Shown: piece after piece, positions 18,033-27,304 of the stretch
How positions within the stretch are numbered: the stretch's first letter is position 1
Layout of the letters: each line of letters begins with the position of its first letter
Position numbers and translations under genes: made by a program
Notes under the pieces: model-generated
Database searches by the model: none
What the model saw: only the letters and a program-made list of their open reading frames with translations
Told to the model about the DNA's origin: nothing
Origin: a virus
IMG/VR virus record: IMGVR_UViG_3300046791_000587
Coordinates: 7,108-71,107 of that record
Direction: 5' to 3' (one strand)
DNA length: 64,000 nucleotides

Positions 18033-19129
18033 CCGCCTTCACCCGGCTCGGCTCCTCGCTCTGGGACTGGGAACCATGGACCGATCTCGCGGCGCCGGCG
18101 CGCATCCTCTGGCTCGCCCTCTACACCTCGGCGGAGGCCAAGCGCCACGTACCAGGTCTCTGGCACGGTGGCATCCCGACCATGGCGGATGCCGCTCGCA
18201 TGGCGCCTGACGATGTCATCGCTGCGCTGGACAGGCTCCTCGAGCGCGATCTCGTGGAGTACGATCCGAAGTTCCGGGTTCTGCGCCTGTGCGAACTCCC
18301 CGACCCTGGCGAACGGCCCTCCAACGGCAAGGTGATCTTGGGCTGGTGGACGAGATTCGGGACCGTGCCAGCCTGCCCTGTGCGGGACAGCCACGTGAAG
18401 ACCTTGGCGTGGATCTGCCATGAGGGCTCCAAGCTGAGCGGCAAGGAGTTCACGCCCGACCACGTCACAGCATGGGAGCGGACCTTCGGCACGATCGTGG
18501 TGCCGCAACCGCGCCGCCGCGGCATCCGGCGCCTGGCCGACTCGGACACCGGGACTCAGGTTCAGCCTTCCCTCTTCCCTCCTTCCCCGGTTGCTCTTGG
18601 GTCTGGAAACGGTATCGCGCCGCAGGGTGAGTGTGGTTATCCACAGCATCCACACCCCGCTGTGGATAACTCTGCCGCTCTGCATCAACCGAAAGAAATC
18701 AGGGGTCCGGAAACCGTATCCGATACGGTATGGGATACCAACAGGATCCCGGATCCCGGATCCCGGATCCCGGAGGATCTTTCTTCTTCTTCCGGAGAGG
18801 GGGATAAGGGGAGGGCACGGCCCGTGCTTGCGCTGGTCCCCGCGTTCACCGCCGCCGAGGTCATCCGGGAACTGTCCCAGGGCAAGTGGGACCCAGCGTT
18901 CGACAGGACGCACCAGAACGCGCTCAGCGCGCTGATCCCGGTGTGGACTGCGGCATCCGTGACGCTGGCCGACATCGCTCTCCTGCGCGAGTACAGCGCG
19001 ATTTCAGGGCAGCGGATGAGCGCCCGCTGGCTGGCGGGGTGCGACATGGTCGCAGAGGTCAGCAAGGCGCGAAGGACGCTGGACCTGCGTGACGTCCGGG
19101 CCAAGGCCATGGCAGACTCGATGCCCTAA
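18029..19129 (+). CDS. phage replication initiator-like protein (N-terminal wHTH)
   Basis: ARILWLALYTS..PGLW...MAD..AL..L pattern of phage Rep proteins; low-complexity linker holding DnaA boxes and repeats. Confidence 0.65.
   Translation: MTAFTRLGSSLWDWEPWTDLAAPARILWLALYTSAEAKRHVPGLWHGGIPTMADAARMAPDDVIAALDRLLERDLVEYDPKFRVLRLCELPDPGERPSNGKVILGWWTRFGTVPACPVRDSHVKTLAWICHEGSKLSGKEFTPDHVTAWERTFGTIVVPQPRRRGIRRLADSDTGTQVQPSLFPPSPVALGSGNGIAPQGECGYPQHPHPAVDNSAALHQPKEIRGPETVSDTVWDTNRIPDPGSRIPEDLSSSSGEGDKGRARPVLALVPAFTAAEVIRELSQGKWDPAFDRTHQNALSALIPVWTAASVTLADIALLREYSAISGQRMSARWLAGCDMVAEVSKARRTLDLRDVRAKAMADSMP
18637..18792. promoter_or_regulatory. candidate replication origin inside rep gene
   Basis: TTATCCACA 18637-18645, TGTGGATAA 18661-18669, palindrome CCGTATC-C-GATACGG 18714-18728, (GGATCCC)x4 18744-18771, pyrimidine tract to 18792. 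Confidence 0.65.
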
Positions 19130-19147
19130 CCCAGAAGGAGTTCAAGC

Positions 19148-19333
19148 ATGAAGATTCTGATCGTGGGCCTCGAGATCGAAGGACAACCCAAGAGGTTTGC
19201 GTTTGGCGATCCAGCGCGGGTGGTCATGCACAAAGCGGGGACCGAAGAAGTCTCGTACCTCACCCCAGCCGAGGCGCGCGGCCTCGCTCTTGTTCTCACC
19301 GACGCAGCCCTGATGGCAGAGCGGGACGCCTGA
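19148..19333 (+). CDS. hypothetical protein
   Basis: SD AAGGAG; TGATG coupling. Confidence 0.55.
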   Translation: MKILIVGLEIEGQPKRFAFGDPARVVMHKAGTEEVSYLTPAEARGLALVLTDAALMAERDA

Positions 19334-19908
19334 TGCCCAAGTTCAAGAGCATCCCCCACGAGGTCACCGCTGTGCAGTGGCAAGGCTCGGTCACGCTGGA
19401 ACTGCGGGAGTTGTTCGGACCGCGCCCCTTGGCCGTTCGTTCAGACCCTTTGCGCCTTTTCAGGCCTACCCTGGTAGTGCCACTGGTCGGATATCAGCCG
19501 AAGGTGATGGATTGTATCGCAGATGTCGGTGATTGGGTGGTTCGCACGGACTACGACGAGGAATTAGGCTTCGAGCTCGACGTGATGGAACCGGAGGACT
19601 TCGGCGCCTCGTACCGGCCGGTCAAGGACTCGTCGCCGGTGGGTCTCGAGTTCAACATCGCCATCCCGGCGATCCTGACGAGCGCGAGCGGCGAGGCGCC
19701 TACCGACATCCGCGTGCGGCTCGCAGCAGGACGTCCCTCGCCCGACATTCTCGCTTCGGTCGTGGCTCAACTCCTTCCACACATCAAAGATCCCGTGATG
19801 ATCATCGGGTGCGCCCGGACGCTGTGCGCCGAACTTGATCTGGACGCGCTCATCAGGGTTCGTGATGCGGTGGAGGGGATCATGGCAGCGCGGTCGCATC
19901 TCGACTGA
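19333..19908 (+). CDS. phage hypothetical protein
   Basis: KFKSIPHEVTAVQW...GDWVV...F...Y pattern common in phage proteins. Confidence 0.6.
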   Translation: MPKFKSIPHEVTAVQWQGSVTLELRELFGPRPLAVRSDPLRLFRPTLVVPLVGYQPKVMDCIADVGDWVVRTDYDEELGFELDVMEPEDFGASYRPVKDSSPVGLEFNIAIPAILTSASGEAPTDIRVRLAAGRPSPDILASVVAQLLPHIKDPVMIIGCARTLCAELDLDALIRVRDAVEGIMAARSHLD

Positions 19909-19918
19909 AGAGGTTCGC

Positions 19919-20374
19919 GTGCCCGCCACCTGCGCCATCTGCCTGCAGCCCATCGTCGCTCGCAACGACGTGCGGGTGTTCGGCACCGAGGTGATGCACC
20001 GGGGGTGCGCAGCGTCTGGCCGGGTGACGGTGGGGGCTCAGCAGCAAACCGTAATCGCTGAACTCCGAGCGGCGCTGGCATCTGCGCAGGAAGGCGAGCG
20101 ACGTCTGCTGATCCTTCGGCAACAAGATCAAGCGCGCGTCGATCGTGCAATACACCTCGCCGATCAGCGCGTCGACAACGCCGGGGCCGAGCGCGATCTC
20201 GCCGTCGCTAGGGAAGTCCGTGCGACGATAGAGCGTGACGCCGCCGTACGTGAGCGCGATACCCTCCGCGTCGAGCTCACGAAGCGCACCCCGCCGCCGA
20301 CCGCCGTACATCAAGAACCCGAGGACACGAGGGACGCCACCACGATCCGCTTCTCGTTGCTAGACATGGATTAG
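19919..20374 (+). CDS. Zn-finger plus coiled-coil protein
   Basis: CAIC...HxxC; GTG start after GAGG. Confidence 0.5.
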   Translation: MPATCAICLQPIVARNDVRVFGTEVMHRGCAASGRVTVGAQQQTVIAELRAALASAQEGERRLLILRQQDQARVDRAIHLADQRVDNAGAERDLAVAREVRATIERDAAVRERDTLRVELTKRTPPPTAVHQEPEDTRDATTIRFSLLDMD

Positions 20375-20393
20375 CTGTGCTACAAACGTAGAC

Positions 20394-20462
20394 GCGTCGC
20401 CGCAGTGACAGGCAAGCCGGGAATTCCCCCGGCCCCATGATTCATTGGCACTGCGGCGACGC
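20394..20462 (+). ncRNA. candidate structured small RNA / leader
   Basis: Perfect 14-bp outer stem plus inner GCCGGG/CCCGGC hairpin, starting just downstream of TG-C-TACAAA. Confidence 0.45.
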
Positions 20463-20476
20463 TTACCGAGTTCAGC

Positions 20477-20749
20477 ATGACCAAGCTACGCCGCCAGCTG
20501 GCAGAAGCACTCCAGGCCAACCGGGACCTTCAGAACCAGATCCACGAGGTGGAGTTCCCGCTTCGGAAACGTATCCGAGAGATTGAGGTCGAGCGCGACC
20601 AGAACGCGGCGCTTCTGGTGGAGGCCCGCAGACTTGCAGATGTCGATCGGAAGAAGATCGATCAGCTCGAACAGGGCATCGAGGCGGCCATGGCGTTCAT
20701 CCGCTGGCAACTTTCCAGTGGAAAGACGGAGCGCGGTGGCAGACTCTGA
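20477..20749 (+). CDS. coiled-coil hypothetical protein
   Basis: Heptad pattern. Confidence 0.55.
   Translation: MTKLRRQLAEALQANRDLQNQIHEVEFPLRKRIREIEVERDQNAALLVEARRLADVDRKKIDQLEQGIEAAMAFIRWQLSSGKTERGGRL
20711..20725. promoter_or_regulatory. CTTTCCAGTGGAAAG palindrome (parS-like candidate)
   Basis: Perfect 15-bp odd palindrome. Confidence 0.6.
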
Positions 20750-21257
20750 CTGGTGGTGCTCTCCACCGGAGATCGCTAACCCGCTGGAGGAATTCTTCCG
20801 GGGACCTGTGGATATAGACCCGTGCTCCAACGAGCGCTCCATCGTCAGGGCACGCAGGGCGTACACCTCGGGCGGTCTCATCCTGCCCTGGTGTTTGCCT
20901 GCCAGAATGCGGCCCAGACACACCGGCTACCAGAACGACCCGTATTCGCAGTCCGGTGCGTGGACCGACAAGATGCTGCGTGAACTCCGATGCGGGAATC
21001 TTCGAGAGCACGTCCGACTGTCCATGTTCACCCCATCCACCAAGTGGTGGGTAAATATGTGCGCCAAGCCCAGACGTAACCCGCGAATCCTGGCGCTCAA
21101 GCGGATCTCATTCCTGGACCCGTTCGCCGATGAGGCAGGTCAGAAGCGTGATAGTTGCAGGTTCGAGTTGGCGCTGACCTACTTCGGCCCCAGGCCGGAG
21201 AGGTTCACCAAGGTGTTTGCGCACCTGACGAGATGGACGACATGGGGAAGAACATGA
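20736..21257 (+). CDS. phage Dam-like DNA N6-adenine methyltransferase (NDPY variant)
   Basis: DWWCSPP...DIDPCS...GLILPW...QNDPYS. Confidence 0.7.
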   Translation: MADSDWWCSPPEIANPLEEFFRGPVDIDPCSNERSIVRARRAYTSGGLILPWCLPARMRPRHTGYQNDPYSQSGAWTDKMLRELRCGNLREHVRLSMFTPSTKWWVNMCAKPRRNPRILALKRISFLDPFADEAGQKRDSCRFELALTYFGPRPERFTKVFAHLTRWTTWGRT

Positions 21258-21309
21258 ACAGCATCAGGAGACCGCAGCGAGTGCGCAATTGGCGATCGTG
21301 GAGGATTCG

Positions 21310-21675
21310 ATGAGCGACGACCGGCCGAGCATCACCAAGATCCGGGCCCTGATCGCCGAGCGCGGGGAATGCGCAGGACCGATGACCACGTTCCCCGGGG
21401 ATGGCATCGCGCATGTGACGACTGTGTGCCGTGACAGCTGGGTCGAGTATATCGAGTGGCTTGCCGCGATGGTTGAGCACGCACCAGTTCTGCTCGACAT
21501 CGTCGAGGCGACGCTCGCATACCGCAAGGCCAAGAAGACAGCGGCAAAGACCCGCAACATCCTCTACCAGTCGGCCTTCCCTGATTCCATGTCGGCCGAG
21601 AGCGAGGCGCAGGACAAGGAGGAGATCCGCTGTCGCGATGCGTATGACGCAGCGCTAGCCAAGGTGCAAGAGTGA
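21310..21675 (+). CDS. hypothetical protein
   Basis: GGAGG upstream. Confidence 0.55.
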   Translation: MSDDRPSITKIRALIAERGECAGPMTTFPGDGIAHVTTVCRDSWVEYIEWLAAMVEHAPVLLDIVEATLAYRKAKKTAAKTRNILYQSAFPDSMSAESEAQDKEEIRCRDAYDAALAKVQE

Positions 21676-21989
21676 AGGCCAAGATCACGATCCTCGTCGG
21701 GTCGCGCGACCAGCCGCAGCGGGCCCGAGTGACGGCTACGGTGCTCGGGACATGGGCCTACCATCGGTACAAGTACGATGGCTTCACGATCACCCATGTC
21801 CCCTCTGGTCTTAGCTTGAACGATCTGTGCGCGGACCTCGCGTTACCGGACGCACGGCGCATCGCGCGGCGCCTGCAACGCGAATTCGGCACGCGGCACT
21901 GGCGCCGCAGGGACCTCAAGAAGGTGCCCGACGATGCCCGCTGGGCGTTCTACGCTGTGGTGGCCGAGGAACTGGGCAGAGATCCATGA
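21672..21989 (+). CDS. hypothetical protein (ITHVPSG motif)
   Basis: GTGA overlap. Confidence 0.55.
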   Translation: MKAKITILVGSRDQPQRARVTATVLGTWAYHRYKYDGFTITHVPSGLSLNDLCADLALPDARRIARRLQREFGTRHWRRRDLKKVPDDARWAFYAVVAEELGRDP

Positions 21990-22837
21990 AGGAGCGCCCC
22001 ATCATGTTCTCCGGCCCCTCCATCCCCATGGTGATGGCCGGCACCAAGACCCAGACCCGGAGGATCGCTGACCTGGAGCGGTTGAGCGTCGACCTGCCCT
22101 CCGAGGTTCGGTCGGATCTGTGGGATGTCATGCCTGCAACCGAGCGGCGCATCGCCAAGAAGGGGCGTCATCGGGCGATGATTGGCGACGCTGGAGCCGT
22201 GTTCGCTGTCTTTCCGGATGGGGACCGCTTCGGCCTGAAACCCGGCGAGTTCAATCTCCGACCGCCGCTGGTGGACGGCACCTCGCACCTCGCCGATCAT
22301 GGCAACGGCAAGAAGGTCTGGACCGTCACCCCGGTAGGCGAGCAGCGGCTGTGGGTGCGTGAGACGTGGCGCCTGTACGAGTCGGCGAAGCACAATCCGT
22401 GGCCAGATCTCCCGAGTCGTCGCGGTCCTGATGGCCTAGCGTTCTACCGGGATGGCTTCGATCGCTCCCCGCCGACGCGCTGGCGCCCCTCGATCTTCAT
22501 GCCCCGCTGGGCCTCGCGCACCAATTTAACCCCCATTCAGGCTCGCCTCATGCGCCTGCAGGACATCACCGATGAGGACGCCCTCGCGGAGGGCGTGACG
22601 TTCACCGACTACGGCAGGACGGGAGCCCGAGGAGTGTTGGATGCCCCGCGCACGCTTCCGGGATGGTGCTACGGACCGTCGATGAGTTACGGCGAGTGCT
22701 TCTATTCAGCGCGACATGCCTTCGCTCACTGCTGGAACCGGCTCCATGGCGGACCCCGGTGGAACCTCGAGCCCGGTCCATCGCCCTGGGACCTCAACCC
22801 ATGGGTATGGGCGTACACCTTCAGGAAGGAGGCGTGA
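21986..22837 (+). CDS. ASCH/PUA-like phage protein
   Basis: MKERPIMFS..M...GTKTQTRR, LWVRETW, WRPSIFMPRWASR, RLQDITDEDALAEG, NPWVW. Confidence 0.8.
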   Translation: MKERPIMFSGPSIPMVMAGTKTQTRRIADLERLSVDLPSEVRSDLWDVMPATERRIAKKGRHRAMIGDAGAVFAVFPDGDRFGLKPGEFNLRPPLVDGTSHLADHGNGKKVWTVTPVGEQRLWVRETWRLYESAKHNPWPDLPSRRGPDGLAFYRDGFDRSPPTRWRPSIFMPRWASRTNLTPIQARLMRLQDITDEDALAEGVTFTDYGRTGARGVLDAPRTLPGWCYGPSMSYGECFYSARHAFAHCWNRLHGGPRWNLEPGPSPWDLNPWVWAYTFRKEA

Positions 22838-23805
22838 TGTCGGACATCGAATGGACCGACGAGACGTGGAACCCCACCGATGGCTGCAAGGTGTGTTCAT
22901 CCGGGTGTGCAAATTGTTACGCCATGCGGTTCGCTGGCAGGTTTGCCAAGCCCGGTGAGCGCTACCACGGCCTCGTGACCATCGGGAAGAACAAGCGAGC
23001 CATCTGGACGGGGAAGGGCAGACTTGACGCTGGAAAGTTGGCCAAGCCGCTGCACTGGAAGAAGCCACGTCGGATCTTCGTGAACTCGATGTCTGACCTC
23101 TTCTACGAGGAGTTCACGAACGAGGAGATCGCGGCCGTGTTCGGGGTGATGGCGGCGTGCCCGCAGCACACCTTCCAGATCCTGACGAAGCGGGCCAAGC
23201 GGATGCGCGAGTGGTTCGATTGGGTGGCAACGGAGCCGACGGGACTGCGGACGCTCCCGTACGCGCCGCGCTTGGTCTGCCGAGTCGAGGCCGACAAGCT
23301 CATCAATCCGAACATGCATGGTCGGCCGCTCGGCACGGAGCCCCGGCCGAGGCAATGGCCACTGCCGAACGTCCATCTTGGTGTCAGCGCAGAGAACCAG
23401 CCAGCCTTCGACGAGCGCTGGCCTGACCTATTCGGGTGTCCGGCCGCCGTGTGGTGGTTCAGTGCCGAGCCGCTGATCGGCGGCATCGACATGACCCACA
23501 TGCTGGCCGACTTCGCATGTAAGCGCGGCAGGCTCTGGCTTGTGGCTGGCTGCGAGAGCGGGCCCGGCGCTCGTCCGGCTGAGCCAGACTGGTACAGGTC
23601 CCTCCGTGACCAGTGCAAGGAGGCAGGGGTGCCATTCTTCCTGAAGCAAGCGCGAGCCGACTACCTGCAGCGCCCCTCGGACCTCCAGCCTGCCATCGTC
23701 GCCAGGGAAGGTTCGACGCACAAGGCCGGTGGCATTATCGGCCTCCCCTACCTCGATGGCGTCCAGCACGCCGCGTTCCCCATCACCAAGGAGATGACAC
23801 CGTGA
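22837..23805 (+). CDS. phage Gp37/Gp68 (DUF5131) family, radical-SAM-like
   Basis: IEWTDETWNPTDGCKVCSSGCANCYA, IFVNSMSDLF, HTFQILTKR, SAEPL, FFLKQ. Confidence 0.9.
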   Translation: MSDIEWTDETWNPTDGCKVCSSGCANCYAMRFAGRFAKPGERYHGLVTIGKNKRAIWTGKGRLDAGKLAKPLHWKKPRRIFVNSMSDLFYEEFTNEEIAAVFGVMAACPQHTFQILTKRAKRMREWFDWVATEPTGLRTLPYAPRLVCRVEADKLINPNMHGRPLGTEPRPRQWPLPNVHLGVSAENQPAFDERWPDLFGCPAAVWWFSAEPLIGGIDMTHMLADFACKRGRLWLVAGCESGPGARPAEPDWYRSLRDQCKEAGVPFFLKQARADYLQRPSDLQPAIVAREGSTHKAGGIIGLPYLDGVQHAAFPITKEMTP

Positions 23806-23936
23806 TCTCGACGTTCACCGTGCAGGCCGCGAAGTGCCCAAAGTGCGGACATCACCACGCTGGACGCGAGGTCGCGTTCGTCTGCGTTGGTTGCCCGTGT
23901 CCAGAGCGCTCAGAACCACAAGGAGATGACACCGTG
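23787..23936 (+). repeat. 18-bp direct repeat CAAGGAGATGACACCGTG (23787-23804 and 23919-23936)
   Basis: Exact match; each copy is SD plus GTG. Confidence 0.9.
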
Positions 23937-24560
23937 CAAGAGAATCCACCGCCAACGTCCGTGACCAAACATGCCGTGATTTCCGTGCCCACCAACGTGC
24001 TCGAGGCTGTCGCCAAGTGGACCGGCACAGACGAAGGCAGACCCCACCTGCACCAGGTGCTGTTCACCAAGGGCACCATGGTGGCGGTGGACGGCCATCG
24101 AATGGTGATCGCGCCGTGCGAGACATTCGGTCTGACCATCGGAGTGGACCGGGACCACCTCCTTGCGGCGGTGGCTGCGCAGAGAGCCATGAAGGCGGAC
24201 CGCCCTCACCTGATCACCATCGAGAGGAGGCCGACCGACCCCTCAGGGATTGTTCGGCTGGGGATCGGCCCCCGAGGGGTTCACCTCGTAGTCACGGCGG
24301 CCGACGCTGACAAATTCCCGCCCTACGAGCAGGTGGTGCGCGACTCCGAGAGAGCGGAGAGCTCTGAGAGCCCCGCAGGGCATGGCTTCAACCCGAGCTA
24401 CCTCACGGCCATCGCCGAGGTAGACGCGGCCACGTGCGATGCCAGCGACACCCTCAATCGTGGCGTGAAGGTCACCGCATGGAGCAAGGATCGTCTCGGC
24501 GCCATGGTTTTCGAGAACATGGCGGGAGTGAAGTTTCTGATCATGCCGATGCGGATATGA
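23802..24560 (+). CDS. DNA sliding clamp (DnaN)-like protein with optional N-terminal Zn-ribbon module
   Basis: RPHLHQVLF..MVAVDGHRM, KFPPYEQVV, GFNPSYL, LIMPMR; second in-frame GTG at 23934. Confidence 0.7.
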   Translation: MISTFTVQAAKCPKCGHHHAGREVAFVCVGCPCPERSEPQGDDTVQENPPPTSVTKHAVISVPTNVLEAVAKWTGTDEGRPHLHQVLFTKGTMVAVDGHRMVIAPCETFGLTIGVDRDHLLAAVAAQRAMKADRPHLITIERRPTDPSGIVRLGIGPRGVHLVVTAADADKFPPYEQVVRDSERAESSESPAGHGFNPSYLTAIAEVDAATCDASDTLNRGVKVTAWSKDRLGAMVFENMAGVKFLIMPMRI

Positions 24561-24946
24561 AACGCTCTCCGCTCAAGCGATCGACACCGCTACGGCGAAG
24601 GGCCCGGCTGAAGCAACGCGGGGACTCGAAGTACCGGAACCGCCCGCGCGACATGGACTACATGGCCTGGGTGCGGTGGCAGGCCTGCTGTGCCAGAAGT
24701 TTTGCCACGACCCCCTGCTATGGCAACGTGGAGGCCGACCATGCGGGCCGTCGCGGCTACGGGCAGAAGGCCGACGACCGTACCTGCATCCCGCTCTGTC
24801 GGAACCACCACCGGGAGCGCACCGACTTCTCAGGGGCCTTCAAGGGTTGGGACCAGAACGGGATGCGGGTCTGGCTGAATGTCGTGATCGAGCGCCACCA
24901 GCGGTGGTACGCCGAACAGGTTTCCAGCGGAAACCAGAAGGAATGA
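24557..24946 (+). CDS. DUF968/HNH-like Zn nuclease
   Basis: YMAWVRWQACC...EADH..G.G.KADD..CIPLCRNHH. Confidence 0.75.
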   Translation: MKRSPLKRSTPLRRRARLKQRGDSKYRNRPRDMDYMAWVRWQACCARSFATTPCYGNVEADHAGRRGYGQKADDRTCIPLCRNHHRERTDFSGAFKGWDQNGMRVWLNVVIERHQRWYAEQVSSGNQKE

Positions 24947-24998
24947 CCCCAAGAAATCCCTCACGGTTCTGGGATGCCGCTGGTAGGCTTGTGTCACC

Positions 24999-26291
24999 AT
25001 GGCGACGGACAAGCTCTACAGCATCCTGCTTTTCACCGCGGTTCCTGTAGGGAACACCCAGACCCTTCCGCATGGGCTGGTCCTGCGGAACGTCCCGGTC
25101 ACCCCGGACTTCGTCGAGTTGCAGTACCAGGACACCTTCGAGTTCGTGTCCGCGGATGCGGTGAACCTCACCATCCGCAACACGGCGAACCCCGGCGGTA
25201 ACTGCGAGGCCTGGGTGACCGCGATCCACCCGTCCTTCCGGCTCCTGGGTCTACAGCCCGATGATGGCCTGATGAGTCAGGGCCTCGTCCCGCGCCCGTT
25301 CTGTCCTGGAAGCCCAAACGTCCCAGCTGCCGGAGCCGGGGGCACGTACGTGGTGGTGTTTCGTCCGGGCGGTGTTGCCGGCGAAAACGTAGTGGTGACA
25401 TGGGCGGATGCCCTCGCCCGCCTGGCGCTCCTGCAGGGTCAGCGCATCCTGCAGTTCGATGACAGTGTCGTGACACCGATCGTGATTCCAGTAGGCGGCC
25501 CCTACGACATGACCGGGGTCACGTGGTCCACGGTGCCGGATCGCATCGTCGAGGTGAGGATTCCCGAGGGGGCGTCCTTCACACACCTCCGATCGTTCCT
25601 TGACCGCATCCACGTCCGCTTCACGGGGACGACTCCCCCCATCGCTGACTTCGGTCAGGCGCCTCCACAGATCGACACCGTCACGATCGACGGTTTCGCT
25701 GAGCTTTCGTCGAGCGGCGCTGGCCCCTTGATGGACGTCGGCGCCAACGCACAGTTTCTGCTAGGCGACCAAGCAGGGCTGTTCTTTGTCGGTCATGCGG
25801 TGGTGAACATCAGCGCCGCCGTCACGGTGGCCTTCATCCTCGAAGGCGAGGAAGCGACGGTCGCCGCGGATACGATCTCGGGGATTGTCGGCTCGACAGT
25901 CGATCTGATTTGGGCGAACAGTGCCCTCCTCGTGTCCACGTCCCAGACGACGTTCCTGGGGACGCTGACGCCTATCAACACGAGCCGGACGTTCAACTTC
26001 CCGTCGGACATTCTGGTCATCAACACGGCCCTGGGTACGGACGCGCCGACTCAACTGGTTCTGGTTGATCCCACCGGCGGAGCGTTCACGGTGACTCTGC
26101 CGTCCGCCGGTCCCAGCTTGCGGGGGCAGACCATCCGCCTGAAGAACGTCGCCGTGAGCGTGAACAACGTCACCCTGGCCGCCGACCTTGGTGACAACAT
26201 CGACGGCAACCCGAGCGTGGTGCTCTCAGGGGACCACTTCCACTTCGCGGTGACCAGCGACGGCGTGAACACCTGGTACGTGACCGGCTGA
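24999..26291 (+). CDS. beta-rich spike/fibre-like receptor-binding candidate
   Basis: V/T/G-rich beta content; C-terminal VDxTGGAFTVTLP..GQTIRLKN...IDG module typical of fibres. Confidence 0.65.
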   Translation: MATDKLYSILLFTAVPVGNTQTLPHGLVLRNVPVTPDFVELQYQDTFEFVSADAVNLTIRNTANPGGNCEAWVTAIHPSFRLLGLQPDDGLMSQGLVPRPFCPGSPNVPAAGAGGTYVVVFRPGGVAGENVVVTWADALARLALLQGQRILQFDDSVVTPIVIPVGGPYDMTGVTWSTVPDRIVEVRIPEGASFTHLRSFLDRIHVRFTGTTPPIADFGQAPPQIDTVTIDGFAELSSSGAGPLMDVGANAQFLLGDQAGLFFVGHAVVNISAAVTVAFILEGEEATVAADTISGIVGSTVDLIWANSALLVSTSQTTFLGTLTPINTSRTFNFPSDILVINTALGTDAPTQLVLVDPTGGAFTVTLPSAGPSLRGQTIRLKNVAVSVNNVTLAADLGDNIDGNPSVVLSGDHFHFAVTSDGVNTWYVTG

Positions 26292-26424
26292 GCCCGAGCC
26301 ACCATCGGCTACAAAGTAGGACGGCGCCGGTTGCCCAGCGCCGTCTTTCCCTTGAGCGGAGGCCGCCCCCGATTGCCTGAACATGTTGTACAGTAGGCTG
26401 CAGACGAGTTCAAGGAGATCGAAG

Positions 26425-26583
26425 ATGGGAGACGCTTTGGTGTTGCTGCTGATGGCCTCGGGCCTTCTCGTGCTGTTCTCTGGAGACGCCGAGTCGGTCA
26501 AGGTGATAGTCGTGCGCTGCTTGATGACGCTTGCCCTGTTCGGAGGCGCCGTCGTCGTGTGGGCGCTCATGAGGGCGCAGTGA
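26425..26583 (+). CDS. small two-TM membrane protein
   Basis: SD AAGGAG; hydrophobic. Confidence 0.5.
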   Translation: MGDALVLLLMASGLLVLFSGDAESVKVIVVRCLMTLALFGGAVVVWALMRAQ

Positions 26584-26948
26584 CCCTCGCTGATGCCATC
26601 GACACCCTGAGGGACTTCGCCAAGCGTCATCGCCCGACGTACGGCACCACCTGCCATGCGATCAGCGTGGTGCTGGCGGCCATCGAGAACACCGAGGTCA
26701 ACGCTGCCATCGCGACAATGGCCGCCGAGCGGCGGCCGTGCGTCCGCTGCGGCCAGTGTCACCCGCTCGACGAGTTCATATTGGGATCCAAGGTGACGGT
26801 AACCAAAGATGGTCGCTACCCCGGGGTCCGTATCGGCGATGCTGGAACCGTGATCGGGTGGTCGAACATCGGCGTTCCGGTGTACAGCGTGGAACTCCCG
26901 AACGGCTGGCAGCTGAACTTTGCCCCTTGCGAACTACTGAGGGCGTAG
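26580..26948 (+). CDS. hypothetical protein, C-terminal SH3-like
   Basis: GTGA overlap; GDAGTVIG..VYSVEL. Confidence 0.5.
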   Translation: MTLADAIDTLRDFAKRHRPTYGTTCHAISVVLAAIENTEVNAAIATMAAERRPCVRCGQCHPLDEFILGSKVTVTKDGRYPGVRIGDAGTVIGWSNIGVPVYSVELPNGWQLNFAPCELLRA

Positions 26949-26951
26949 ACC

Positions 26952-27164
26952 ATGGACTCCACCAGCGCACCGGAGGCCCTGGCAGCCCACGGTTTCACCG
27001 GCTCCCAGATCCGCGAGATCACCCGTGAGGGGATGCGGCACCGCAGGCGGAGGCGGTTCTCGCTGTACACCGTCATGTGGTTGGAGATGGTGGGTAACAA
27101 CCTGGAGGTCGTCAGGGATGTGCGGGACGACCTGGAGTACTTCGAGATGGGAGGGGAGTCATGA
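26952..27164 (+). CDS. hypothetical protein
   Basis: Coupled ORF. Confidence 0.45.
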   Translation: MDSTSAPEALAAHGFTGSQIREITREGMRHRRRRRFSLYTVMWLEMVGNNLEVVRDVRDDLEYFEMGGES

Positions 27165-27304
27165 AACCGCCGCCACACGATCATTCGATCCCGTCCGAGT
27201 TCTCCCGGGAGGAGTGCTTTCGTTGCCGCTGGAACGATCGTGTCTGGAATTGGGCAACGCTGGCGTTGCTGGTGCTCTTGCTTGCGCTCTGGGTGTTCTC
27301 GTGA
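27161..27304 (+). CDS. 47-aa membrane peptide (not in supplied ORF track)
   Basis: ATGA/GTGA overlaps at both ends; MKPPPHDH...WATLALLVLLLALWVFS. Confidence 0.5.
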   Translation: MKPPPHDHSIPSEFSREECFRCRWNDRVWNWATLALLVLLLALWVFS

